Source: Actinomycetota bacterium (GTDB lineage: Bacteria; Actinomycetota; Acidimicrobiia; IMCC26256; PALSA-555). From it: DNA of 12,783 nt. Made by a program: the position numbers and the translations under genes. The stretch covers positions 1-12,783 of the forward strand of contig VGCA01000077.1 of NCBI GenBank assembly GCA_016870245.1. The letters run 5' to 3'. Positions 1 through 6,148 of this stretch are shown here, in pieces (the stretch's first letter is position 1; the number at the start of each line of letters is the position of its first letter). The notes beneath the pieces were generated by a model. That model was not told the DNA's origin, did not search any database, and worked only from the letters and a program-made list of their open reading frames with translations.

Positions 1-198
1 GTTGGCATCGGGCGCCGCCGCCATCGGGCCGTAGCGCGTGGCGTCGGCCGGGGTCGCGGCGGCCGCCCAGTCGGCGCCCAGGCCGGTGCGCGCCAGCACC
101 AGCCCGGCGCCCAGGCCGCCGGCCCACCGGGTGAAGGCGCGTCGGGTCATGCGCCGGGTGTCGGGCCGAGGGGTGTGCTGCGGATCGTCGCGCGTCAT
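1..198 (-). CDS. N-terminus of a Tat-signal (twin-arginine) exported protein of unknown function. It is partial and continues past the window start.
   Basis: The reverse-complement of 1-198 translates to MTRDDPQHTPRPDTRRMTRRAFTRWAGGLGAGLVLARTGLGADWAAAATPADATRYGPMAAAPDAN. It has a twin-arginine consensus (T-R-R-A-F-T-R-W) followed by a hydrophobic h-region and an A-x-A-like site. The ATG (rc of 196-198) overlaps the CotH stop (rc of 195-197) as ATGA, which suggests translational coupling. An alternative start is the second Met at about 150. Confidence 0.5.
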   Translation of the reverse strand, partial: MTRDDPQHTPRPDTRRMTRRAFTRWAGGLGAGLVLARTGLGADWAAAATPADATRYGPMAAAPDAN

Positions 199-1541
199 CG
201 GTTTGGGTTCACCCCCAGCTCCCGGAGCACGAGGTCGGCACGGTGCTCGATGAAGCTCCGGCGCTCCGCGAAGGCCGTCTCGAACTGCTCGGGGGTCCAC
301 TGCTCCCGCGCCGTCGGAGGGCCGTTGGCGCGGACGAGCGCTGCGATCTGGTCGGCTCGCGCGAGGAGCCGACGGGTGTCCCACGCCTTCTTCACGGCCC
401 ACTCGAGGTTGCGGCGCAGGCGGTCCTCGGTGCCGGGCAGCGTGGCGAGACGAGCAATCGTGCGCGCGCCGGGCTTGGGAATCGAGAGCGTGCGGAAGGA
501 CGCGCCCCCGTAGGGATCCTCGCGCATGTACTGCCAGTCCGTGTTGCCCCCTTGCAAGGGGATGAGCCCGATGAGGTTGCCCAGCGACCAGTCCGCACCG
601 TGCGGCAGCACCACGAACTTGTCGGAGTCGGGGTCGTGATACGTGTAGTAGTTGTTGGGCCAAGTGTTGCCGGCCACGATCGCCGGATCGGTGTTCCCGA
701 ACGGGACGTTGGTCCCGGTGAGGTACCCGTCGAAGTGGGCGACGAGTGCCTCGACCGCCCAGTACTTGAACACCTCGTTCAGATCTACCAGCTTCGACAG
801 CTCGGCGACGTACTGCTCGTCGGGCACCGTCTCGACGACCTGCGCGAGCTCGGCGATGTCGGACTTGTCGTTCACCGTCTCGTTGGTACGCGCATCGAGC
901 AGCTGGTCGGCCATGTCGACGTCGCCGACGGACGACTCGTAGAGGTTGCCGTCGGGATTGGAGAAGTGGCGACGCAGGAACTTCTTGTCGTATCCCTCGC
1001 GGATGACGTAGAGCCCGAAGGGCTCACCGTTGAGGGTGACGTTGGCGAGGGCTGTCCGCGGTGCCGGGATCCCCGCCGCCCGCCAGACGTCGTACGAGAT
1101 CTGCTCCGCGACGAAGCTCGGATCCCCGATCTCGTTCCCGAGCGTGAACTTCTCGATGCCGAAGAGCGCCTGGTCCTCCACGTACTCGTCGGTCTTGATG
1201 CTGAAGCCCGGCTTGCCCTCGAGCGGCTGGCCCGACGCGAACCCGCTCTTCAACCGGAAGCCCACGGGGTCGAGGGCCACGCCGTCGAACTGCATCGACG
1301 CCGGTACCCGTTCGTCCCTTCCGAGGCCGAGCTTCGGCAGGTCCGCCGGTGCCACCCCGAACTCGATCGTGTGGACGAACTTCGGGTCGAAGACCTTGGC
1401 CGAACGGTCACCGTTGGTCGCGACGCGGGCCACATGACCGGCGGCGGGGACGGCGACCAACCCGCCGGCGCCGACCATGCCCAGGGCGACCGCCAAGGCA
1501 AGCCGACGCCCTCTTGTGTGCGGGTTCACGGCAGCTCCCAC
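195..1541 (-). CDS. CotH kinase family protein (spore coat protein H-like atypical kinase), secreted
   Basis: 448-aa ORF. The motif WPNNYYTYHDPDSDKFVVLPHGADWSLG matches the CotH-family NNYYLY..D..F..IPWD signature. The N-terminus has a positively charged n-region plus a hydrophobic stretch (RRLALAVALGMVGAGGLVAVPAAGHVA), consistent with a signal peptide. The start is GTG at 1541. An alternative GTG at 1529 forms a GTGA overlap with the upstream DUF4956 stop. Confidence 0.8.
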   Translation of the reverse strand: MGAAVNPHTRGRRLALAVALGMVGAGGLVAVPAAGHVARVATNGDRSAKVFDPKFVHTIEFGVAPADLPKLGLGRDERVPASMQFDGVALDPVGFRLKSGFASGQPLEGKPGFSIKTDEYVEDQALFGIEKFTLGNEIGDPSFVAEQISYDVWRAAGIPAPRTALANVTLNGEPFGLYVIREGYDKKFLRRHFSNPDGNLYESSVGDVDMADQLLDARTNETVNDKSDIAELAQVVETVPDEQYVAELSKLVDLNEVFKYWAVEALVAHFDGYLTGTNVPFGNTDPAIVAGNTWPNNYYTYHDPDSDKFVVLPHGADWSLGNLIGLIPLQGGNTDWQYMREDPYGGASFRTLSIPKPGARTIARLATLPGTEDRLRRNLEWAVKKAWDTRRLLARADQIAALVRANGPPTAREQWTPEQFETAFAERRSFIEHRADLVLRELGVNPNR

Positions 1542-2374
1542 CGGTCGTCGACGTCGAGCCGCATCTCGTCGGGCGGGTCGTGCGGGAGGGGGGCGTCCGC
1601 AGCAGGGGGTGGGGCGTCCGTAGCTGGAGGTGGGGCGTCCGCAGCCGGAGGTCGGGCGGGGGCGACGGTGGTCGTGGCGGCGGGCGACGGTCGACCGGGG
1701 GGTGCCGGAACGGGGTGCTGCCCGTCCCCCGGTCGTGAGGTCGTGGCCGGTGCCGGGATCCGGGCGCCGTCGCCCCCGGGCTGCGTCGACCGGCGCGTGC
1801 GGGTGCGCGCCGTGCCCGGCGGGTCGGGACGGAACCGCACGTCGACTCGGGTGGTCTTCTGTGCGTAGTCGGTCTCCAGCACGTACACGTTCAGGACCGT
1901 CCCGGCGAGCTTCGCTTCGAGCGCGGCCCGGAGCTCGTCGTCGTCGTGGTACACCCGCTTCAGGCGCACCATCCGCCGCTCGTAGCCGCGCAGCAGCACG
2001 GGATGGTCGGCGACGTACATGACGCCGACGAGGACCACGACGAGCGTGACCGTCGCGGCCCAGTGGTCTTCGGGCGAGAGGCCGGCGACGAGCCCGACCA
2101 CGATCGCGACGAAGTAGTACCCGATCTCCTCCTGGGTGATCTGCGTGGACCGGAGGCGGATGACCGAGAGCAGCGCGAACAGCCCGATGCCGAACGCGAG
2201 CCCCAGCGGCTTCGTCGACACGAACGACGCGACGGCGAACAGGCCGATGTTGACCCCCATGAAGCCGAGGGTCAGGTCGCGTCGATGGTGGCGACGGAAG
2301 TAGATGGCGTAGGTGAGCACCGCCATCGCGACCAGATCGAGCGCGAGGCTCAGGAGCAGCACGTCATAGCGCAC
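1526..2374 (-). CDS. Polytopic membrane protein, probably of the DUF4956 family (the family that co-occurs with CotH and VTC-domain proteins). It carries a C-terminal Pro/Ala-rich low-complexity tail.
   Basis: 282-aa ORF with a GTG start (rc of cac at 2372-2374). It has 4-5 hydrophobic helices (LLLSLALDLVAMAVLTYAIYF, LGFMGVNIGLFAVASFVST, LGLAFGIGLFALLSVIRL, IGYYFVAIVVGLVAGL, VTLVVVLVGVMYV) followed by a soluble domain and a repeat tail. It overlaps the CotH start by 16 nt. The DUF4956 family name is recalled from the typical architecture and the CotH association, not from a search. Confidence 0.6.
   Translation of the reverse strand: MRYDVLLLSLALDLVAMAVLTYAIYFRRHHRRDLTLGFMGVNIGLFAVASFVSTKPLGLAFGIGLFALLSVIRLRSTQITQEEIGYYFVAIVVGLVAGLSPEDHWAATVTLVVVLVGVMYVADHPVLLRGYERRMVRLKRVYHDDDELRAALEAKLAGTVLNVYVLETDYAQKTTRVDVRFRPDPPGTARTRTRRSTQPGGDGARIPAPATTSRPGDGQHPVPAPPGRPSPAATTTVAPARPPAADAPPPATDAPPPAADAPLPHDPPDEMRLDVDDRWELP
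1590..1652. repeat. 3 x 21-bp near-perfect tandem repeat (ggggcgtccgcagcagggggt / ggggcgtccgtagctggaggt / ggggcgtccgcagccggaggt) inside the coding sequence
   Basis: Direct reading of 1590-1652. On the minus strand it encodes the heptad APPPA[A/T]D x3 in the C-terminal tail of the DUF4956-like protein. Confidence 0.8.
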
Positions 2375-2480
2375 ACCTGATGGTGGGGCCGATCCCGCAT
2401 GGGATGGCAGGGCCTTTTGTCACCGGTCGATGGGTCTGTCGGATTCGCGCGCCAGCGGATCCGGCGAGTCGGCCGGTGGT

Positions 2481-2501
2481 TCCGCCGGGAGCACCGGCGG
2501 A
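2481..2501 (-). terminator. Candidate ssrA 3' hairpin (stem CCGCCGG / CCGGCGG, loop UGCUC), directly after the tmRNA 3' end
   Basis: The reverse-complement of 2481-2501 is tccgccggtgctcccggcgga, a 7-bp perfect inverted repeat with a 5-nt loop. It has no U-tract, which is common in high-GC genomes, so this is weak. Confidence 0.3.
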
Positions 2502-2508
2502 CGCGAAG

Positions 2509-2863
2509 GGGTGGAGGTGCCGGGAGTCGAACCCGGGTCTTCCGAGTCTTCGTCGGGGCTTCTCCGAGCGCAGCCGGTGATTGGGTCTCGGGTCGCCGCC
2601 ACTCACCGGCGGCAGGCGACGACCCCAGCCTCACTGTGGTGTCCCGATGAGCCGTGAGGCCCGTCTCAGCGGTGAGCCGTTCGAGATGTCGTCCGGATCC
2701 GGCCTGAACGGCAGAGACCGGGCGGACGTGGCTGGGGTTTAGGCAGCCAGTGCCATTTCGTCAGAGTTGGCAGTTGTTGGTTGTGTCGACTTTTTCACGA
2801 CGATTCGACAACGTCGGCTCGCTTCCCCCGATCCCGCGCACGGAATCGAAGCCACGCACCCCC
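2509..2863 (-). ncRNA. ssrA: tmRNA (transfer-messenger RNA, SsrA)
   Basis: The minus-strand 5' end GGGGGTGCGTGGCTTCGATTCCGTGCGCGGGATCGGGGGAAGCG matches the mycobacterial ssrA 5' end (GGGGCTGAACGGTTTCGACTTCGCGCATCGAATCAAGGAAGCG pattern). The 3' end GGAAGACCCGGGTTCGACTCCCGGCACCTCCACC matches the tRNA-Ala-like T-arm and acceptor (Mtb: GGACCCGGGTTCGATTCCCGGCAGCTCCACCA). The acceptor pairs GGGGGUG/CACCUCC and includes the G3:U wobble that AlaRS recognises. An internal tag frame ends GCA CTG GCT GCC TAA (ALAA-stop). Confidence 0.9.
2739..2771 (-). other. tmRNA tag-peptide reading frame, predicted tag (A)NSDEMALAA followed by TAA
   Basis: The reverse-complement of 2739-2771 is GCC AAC TCT GAC GAA ATG GCA CTG GCT GCC TAA. 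The first in-frame GCN codon lies about 93 nt from the tmRNA 5' end and is preceded by an A-rich stretch (GUGAAAAAGUCGAC). This resembles the E. coli tag ANDENYALAA. The exact resume codon is an inference. Confidence 0.55.
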
Positions 2864-2906
2864 ATGTCAAGGCCCGGCTCGTACGTGGTGAGCCGGATCG
2901 ACCAGG

Positions 2907-3881
2907 CTACCCGGCCCCCAGCCGCCGCAGGGCCGCGATCCGCTCGTCGACCGTCGTGCGGGCCCCCTCGACCCGGGCGGGCACCTCGAACCACAGCGGG
3001 GCGGTGGCCGCGCTCACCCGCTCGACCTCGAGCGGTTCCTCACGCAGCGTCTCGAGCGCATGGAGCAGGCTGCTCGGGTTGCGGGTGAAGCGGACCGCAG
3101 CCTTGTCGCGCTCGAACGCAGCGTCGCGCATGGCCCAGCGCCGCAGCCGGCCCGACGCCCAGAACGGCAGCTTGCCCACGAGCCTCGACACGTCGTCGTC
3201 GAGGGCGCCCATCGCCGCGCCGGTGAGGGCGACGGTCCAGCTCGACAGGGCGACGTCGGCGCTGCCGATGCGGCTCACCTCGTAGGCGAGGATGGCCTCG
3301 AGCTCGTCGCGGGCGAGGGCATCGATGGCCCCACGGGTGACGGCGACGATCGCCCGGGACGGTCGGGTGCCGACCGCGAAGGAGTTGGGTGCCGGATCCT
3401 CGACGATCGCGAACCGGGGTGGTGGGATGTCGGCGGCGATCGCGAGCGCGTCGAGGATGTTGCGGACCCGGCGCACGCCCGGCTCGGTGGCCGTGTCGCC
3501 GACGATCCGGGCCCCGCTCTCGGCGAGCACCTGCTTCTCGAGCCGGCGCCGCTGGAGCGGCAGCCGGAACGCGGCGACCAGCGAGCCGATCACCGCGGCG
3601 ACGCCCGCGACCCCGGCGAGACCGATGCCGAGGAACTTCAGCTCGTCGAGGCTGGTCGCCACCTCCCCGCTCTCGAGCAGGAGGCGGAGCGCGAGGACGA
3701 GGCCGAGGACGACTGCGGCGATCATCACGGCCAGCCAGTAGAGGATGACCGCGACCACGAGCGTGACGAAGAGGCGCAGGCGGTTGCGCCGCCGGTCGAC
3801 CCGCAGCGTCGAGGCATCGACGTCGAGGGTGACCGCGGCGTCCCGGTCGGGCCCGGGCCCCGGCGCGGGGGTGGCCGTCAC
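2907..3881 (-). CDS. HtpX/M48-family-like integral membrane protein lacking the HEXXH zinc-binding motif (a putative pseudo-peptidase)
   Basis: This is the C-terminal 324 aa of the 601-aa ORF. It has two N-terminal TM helices (LFVTLVVAVILYWLAVMIAAVVLGLVLAL; FLGIGLAGVAGVAAVIGSLVAAF). The stretch PAPNSFAVGTRPSRAIVAVTRGAIDALARDELEAILAYEVSRIGSAD aligns with HtpX NAFATG...VAVSTGLL...EAEAVIAHEISHIANGD, but with H->Y and H->R in HEXXH. The proposed GTG start (rc of 3879-3881) overlaps the upstream gene's TGA as GTGA. The 5' 277 codons of the ORF (3882-4712) are Arg/Pro-rich and lie in another frame over the upstream CDS, so they are judged spurious. Confidence 0.6.
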   Translation of the reverse strand: MTATPAPGPGPDRDAAVTLDVDASTLRVDRRRNRLRLFVTLVVAVILYWLAVMIAAVVLGLVLALRLLLESGEVATSLDELKFLGIGLAGVAGVAAVIGSLVAAFRLPLQRRRLEKQVLAESGARIVGDTATEPGVRRVRNILDALAIAADIPPPRFAIVEDPAPNSFAVGTRPSRAIVAVTRGAIDALARDELEAILAYEVSRIGSADVALSSWTVALTGAAMGALDDDVSRLVGKLPFWASGRLRRWAMRDAAFERDKAAVRFTRNPSSLLHALETLREEPLEVERVSAATAPLWFEVPARVEGARTTVDERIAALRRLGAG

Positions 3882-4396
3882 ACCCCCTCCTCGAGCCCGC
3901 AGACCTGGGAGAACCGGCCGACGAGGCACATCGCGGTGAGGAGCCCCATCTCGACGATCTGCGCCGGGGAGAAGTGGGCGCGCATCGCGTCGCGGTCGAC
4001 CTGGGTGATCGACAGGTGGTCGGTGGCGAGGCGCCGGGTGAAGGTGATGGCCGCCACCTCGGCCTCGGTGAACCCGGCGAGGTCGTCGGTGTCGAGCCGG
4101 TGGATCAGGTCCTCGGTGAGCCCGGCCTCGGTCGCCGCGGGAACGCGTCCGGCGACGCACACCTGGCAGCGCGTCGTCCGCGCGACGTTGAGCCGGACGA
4201 TCTCGGTGAGCCGGGGCCCGAGGTGGTTGTCGAATCGCAACGGCGCGTACGCCTCGTTGTAGCGCCGGAAGTGGTCGGGGGCATGGCCCATCACCCGGAT
4301 GAAGTCGCGCAGCCCCGGGCGGGTCGTCGCGTCCCACTGGGCACGGAGATCCGCCGGCAGGTCGTCGGGGTCGACGAGGGGGACGAAGTCGTGCAC
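3878..4396 (-). CDS. Carboxymuconolactone decarboxylase (CMD/AhpD-like) family protein
   Basis: 172-aa ORF. It has the size and helical character of the CMD/AhpD-like fold. The motif TTRCQVCVAGR, with Cys residues followed by conserved small/positive residues, is reminiscent of the AhpD-family core. Assignment is by recall of the family pattern only. Confidence 0.5.
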   Translation of the reverse strand: MHDFVPLVDPDDLPADLRAQWDATTRPGLRDFIRVMGHAPDHFRRYNEAYAPLRFDNHLGPRLTEIVRLNVARTTRCQVCVAGRVPAATEAGLTEDLIHRLDTDDLAGFTEAEVAAITFTRRLATDHLSITQVDRDAMRAHFSPAQIVEMGLLTAMCLVGRFSQVCGLEEGV

Positions 4397-4423
4397 GCGG
4401 CGGTTCCTCTCCTCGGCGCCGGC

Positions 4424-5296
4424 TCAGCCGTCGCGGAGCGCGGCGGCGTCGGCGAGGGCGGCGGGGTCCAGCGGATCCTTGTACAGATGGAGCCGGCAGG
4501 GAGCGGCGACCGTCCCCCGCGGGCAGGCGACCACCGGCCAGGGCACCCCGAGGCGGGCCTCCGGGACCAGGAAGTGCATCACCGCCACGTGGGTCCGGTA
4601 CACGGGGACGCCCCCCCGGTCGAAGGTGATCGGGGCGACCTCGGCCACGGTGGCGTGGTCGAACGGGCCCGGGTGGCGCCCCGAGAGGAGCTGGCGCCCG
4701 CACGAGCCGCACGGTTCCTGGACGATCACGAACCGTTCGTCGTCCTCCTCGACCCGCACCGTCGCGAAGTTGCCCTGGAGCATCGCGGCCCAGGTGCGGA
4801 CACGGGCGACCGGGTCACGCGTGATGTCGTCGGGCATCCACGCGAGCAACGTCTCGTCGCCGGCGTACTCCATCGACTCCCGGAGCGCGTCGATCCCGTG
4901 GGTGCGGTAGACGTGGGTCAGGAGCGCGCACACCCCATCGAGCCACCGGTCGTGGTCGTCGCGGGCAGTCCGGGCGTCGGCGAGCAGCCCGTCGAGCAAC
5001 GGCGTGCCCGTCGGGGCCGGCGCCGGCTCGGTGGACCACGGCGTCCAGGCGTCGGTCACCTCGGTGACGCGCGCCAGCGCGCCGCCGGCCGCCGTGGCGC
5101 CGAACCGGTCGGTCAGGAAGGCGAGCGCGTGCACGATCCACACGCGGAACCCCTCGATGCTGCGCGACCAACCCCGCCGCGCGCGGGCGGCGAGATCGGT
5201 CGCGCGCTCGAGATCGCCACGGGCGAGCGCATCGCGGACCCGCTCGACGGGGTCCCGGCCGAGCTCGGCCAGGGCGGCGTCGTCGAGGAGCCGCAC
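4424..5296 (-). CDS. Hypothetical protein with a C-terminal 4-Cys cluster (CGSCG ... CPRGTVAAPC)
   Basis: 290-aa ORF with normal high-GC codon bias and an ATG start. It has no signal peptide or TM segment. The spacing C-x2-C ... C-x8-C suggests a metal-binding site. No family was recognised. Confidence 0.55.
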   Translation of the reverse strand: MRLLDDAALAELGRDPVERVRDALARGDLERATDLAARARRGWSRSIEGFRVWIVHALAFLTDRFGATAAGGALARVTEVTDAWTPWSTEPAPAPTGTPLLDGLLADARTARDDHDRWLDGVCALLTHVYRTHGIDALRESMEYAGDETLLAWMPDDITRDPVARVRTWAAMLQGNFATVRVEEDDERFVIVQEPCGSCGRQLLSGRHPGPFDHATVAEVAPITFDRGGVPVYRTHVAVMHFLVPEARLGVPWPVVACPRGTVAAPCRLHLYKDPLDPAALADAAALRDG

Positions 5297-5314
5297 GATC
5301 GCCCGCGTCGGGGC

Positions 5315-6148
5315 TCAGCCCGCGGTCGCCGGCACGGTCACCTTGGCGATCGACGCCCAGCCGTTGTTGAAGGCCTGCGCGTCGCTGGTGAACGTGGACA
5401 GGGTCGACGCGCAGTTCACCGGGTCACCGGTCACGAGCGGCTCGGTGGTCCCTTCGGGAGCGAGGACCGTCTCGTAGAGCCCCTTGACGCCGCCCGGGCA
5501 GGTGGGGACGTTGATGCTCTCGATCTCGGTTCGCGCGGTGCCGTCGACCTTGGCCTTCTTGGTGAACGACTTGCGGTTCTCCCGAAGCCACTCGACGGCC
5601 AGCTCGGCGGCCGTCTGGAAGTCGGGGTTCGCGATCTGCGACGACACCGCGAGCGCGGGGATGCCGCGACGCGCGGCCTGCCGCGCGGCGCCGACGGTGC
5701 CGGAGATCTCGCTGATCGTGCCCATGTTCTGTCCGAGGTTGGACCCCGAGATCACGACGTTGGGCTGGATGCCCAGCTCGTCGAACGCGTAGTTGACGGC
5801 GTCGGCCGGGAACCCGGTGACCGCGTAGGCCTCGTAGCCGCTCGCGGTCGTGGCCGGCGCGCCGGGCGCGCCGCCGGGGGTCGTCTTGCTGCCCGAGCCG
5901 CTCTGGTTGGTGGCGGGCGCGACGACCACGACCTTGACGCCCTTCTGGGTCCGCAGCGCCTCCACGACCGCGTCCATCCCGGGCGCAGCGACGCCGTCGT
6001 CGTTGGTCACGAGGACCGTGATGGGCTTGGGCTTCTTGCCGGCCGCGGACGCGCCCGCCGGGGCGGCGGCGACCGGGGCGGCGATCGAGGCGGCGAGCAG
6101 GACGGCCGCGAGGGGCACGCTCCGCTTCACCAGGTGACGTCCTCGCAT
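5315..6148 (-). CDS. surE: SurE-family 5'/3'-nucleotidase with an N-terminal signal peptide and a Gly/Ser/Pro-rich insertion
   Basis: The canonical SurE N-terminal motif ITVLVTNDDGVAAPGMDAVVEAL and the motif VVISGSNLGQNMGTISEISGTVGAA match (I)LLTNDDGI.APG and SGIN.G.N..D...SGTV. The hydrophobic N-terminus (VPLAAVLLAASIAAPVAAAPAGASAA) indicates export. The insertion is NQSGSGSKTTPGGAPGAPATTASG. Confidence 0.85.
   Translation of the reverse strand: MRGRHLVKRSVPLAAVLLAASIAAPVAAAPAGASAAGKKPKPITVLVTNDDGVAAPGMDAVVEALRTQKGVKVVVVAPATNQSGSGSKTTPGGAPGAPATTASGYEAYAVTGFPADAVNYAFDELGIQPNVVISGSNLGQNMGTISEISGTVGAARQAARRGIPALAVSSQIANPDFQTAAELAVEWLRENRKSFTKKAKVDGTARTEIESINVPTCPGGVKGLYETVLAPEGTTEPLVTGDPVNCASTLSTFTSDAQAFNNGWASIAKVTVPATAG

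Noticed and set aside
243-1868. 541-aa + strand ORF and other long ORFs, all rich in Arg/Gly/Pro/Asp/Val and low in Lys/Ile/Phe: 3060-4262 +, 3974-6157 +, 7222-8961 -, 7644-9737 +, 9832-12477 -, 10268-10780 -, 11736-12365 +
   Set aside because: They sit on the opposite strand or in an alternate frame over well-supported genes (CotH, CMD, SurE, flotillin, CoxL-like). Open antisense frames are expected at about 70% GC. None shows a recognisable domain.
1-2507. Direct repeat of the ssrA 3' end (island attachment-site duplicate) and an integrase gene
   Set aside because: No copy of the gggttcgactcccggcacctccacc core, or of its complement, was seen elsewhere in the window, and no integrase-like ORF is present. 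The island hypothesis therefore stays untested rather than supported.
2350-2657. Six small overlapping ORFs (60-94 aa) on both strands
   Set aside because: They lie entirely within the tmRNA gene and its flanks, so the structured RNA explains the region.
2864-2906. TTGACA hexamer immediately 5' of the mature tmRNA end
   Set aside because: It ends only 1 nt before the mature 5' G, which is too close to be a -35 element for that end. The tmRNA is processed from a precursor, so the true promoter cannot be assigned from sequence alone.
3882-4712. N-terminal 277 codons of the 601-aa minus-strand ORF (Arg/Pro-rich)
   Set aside because: This is low-complexity junk translation that overlaps the CMD-family CDS in another frame. 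The real HtpX-like gene most plausibly starts at the GTG at 3881, which is coupled to the upstream stop.
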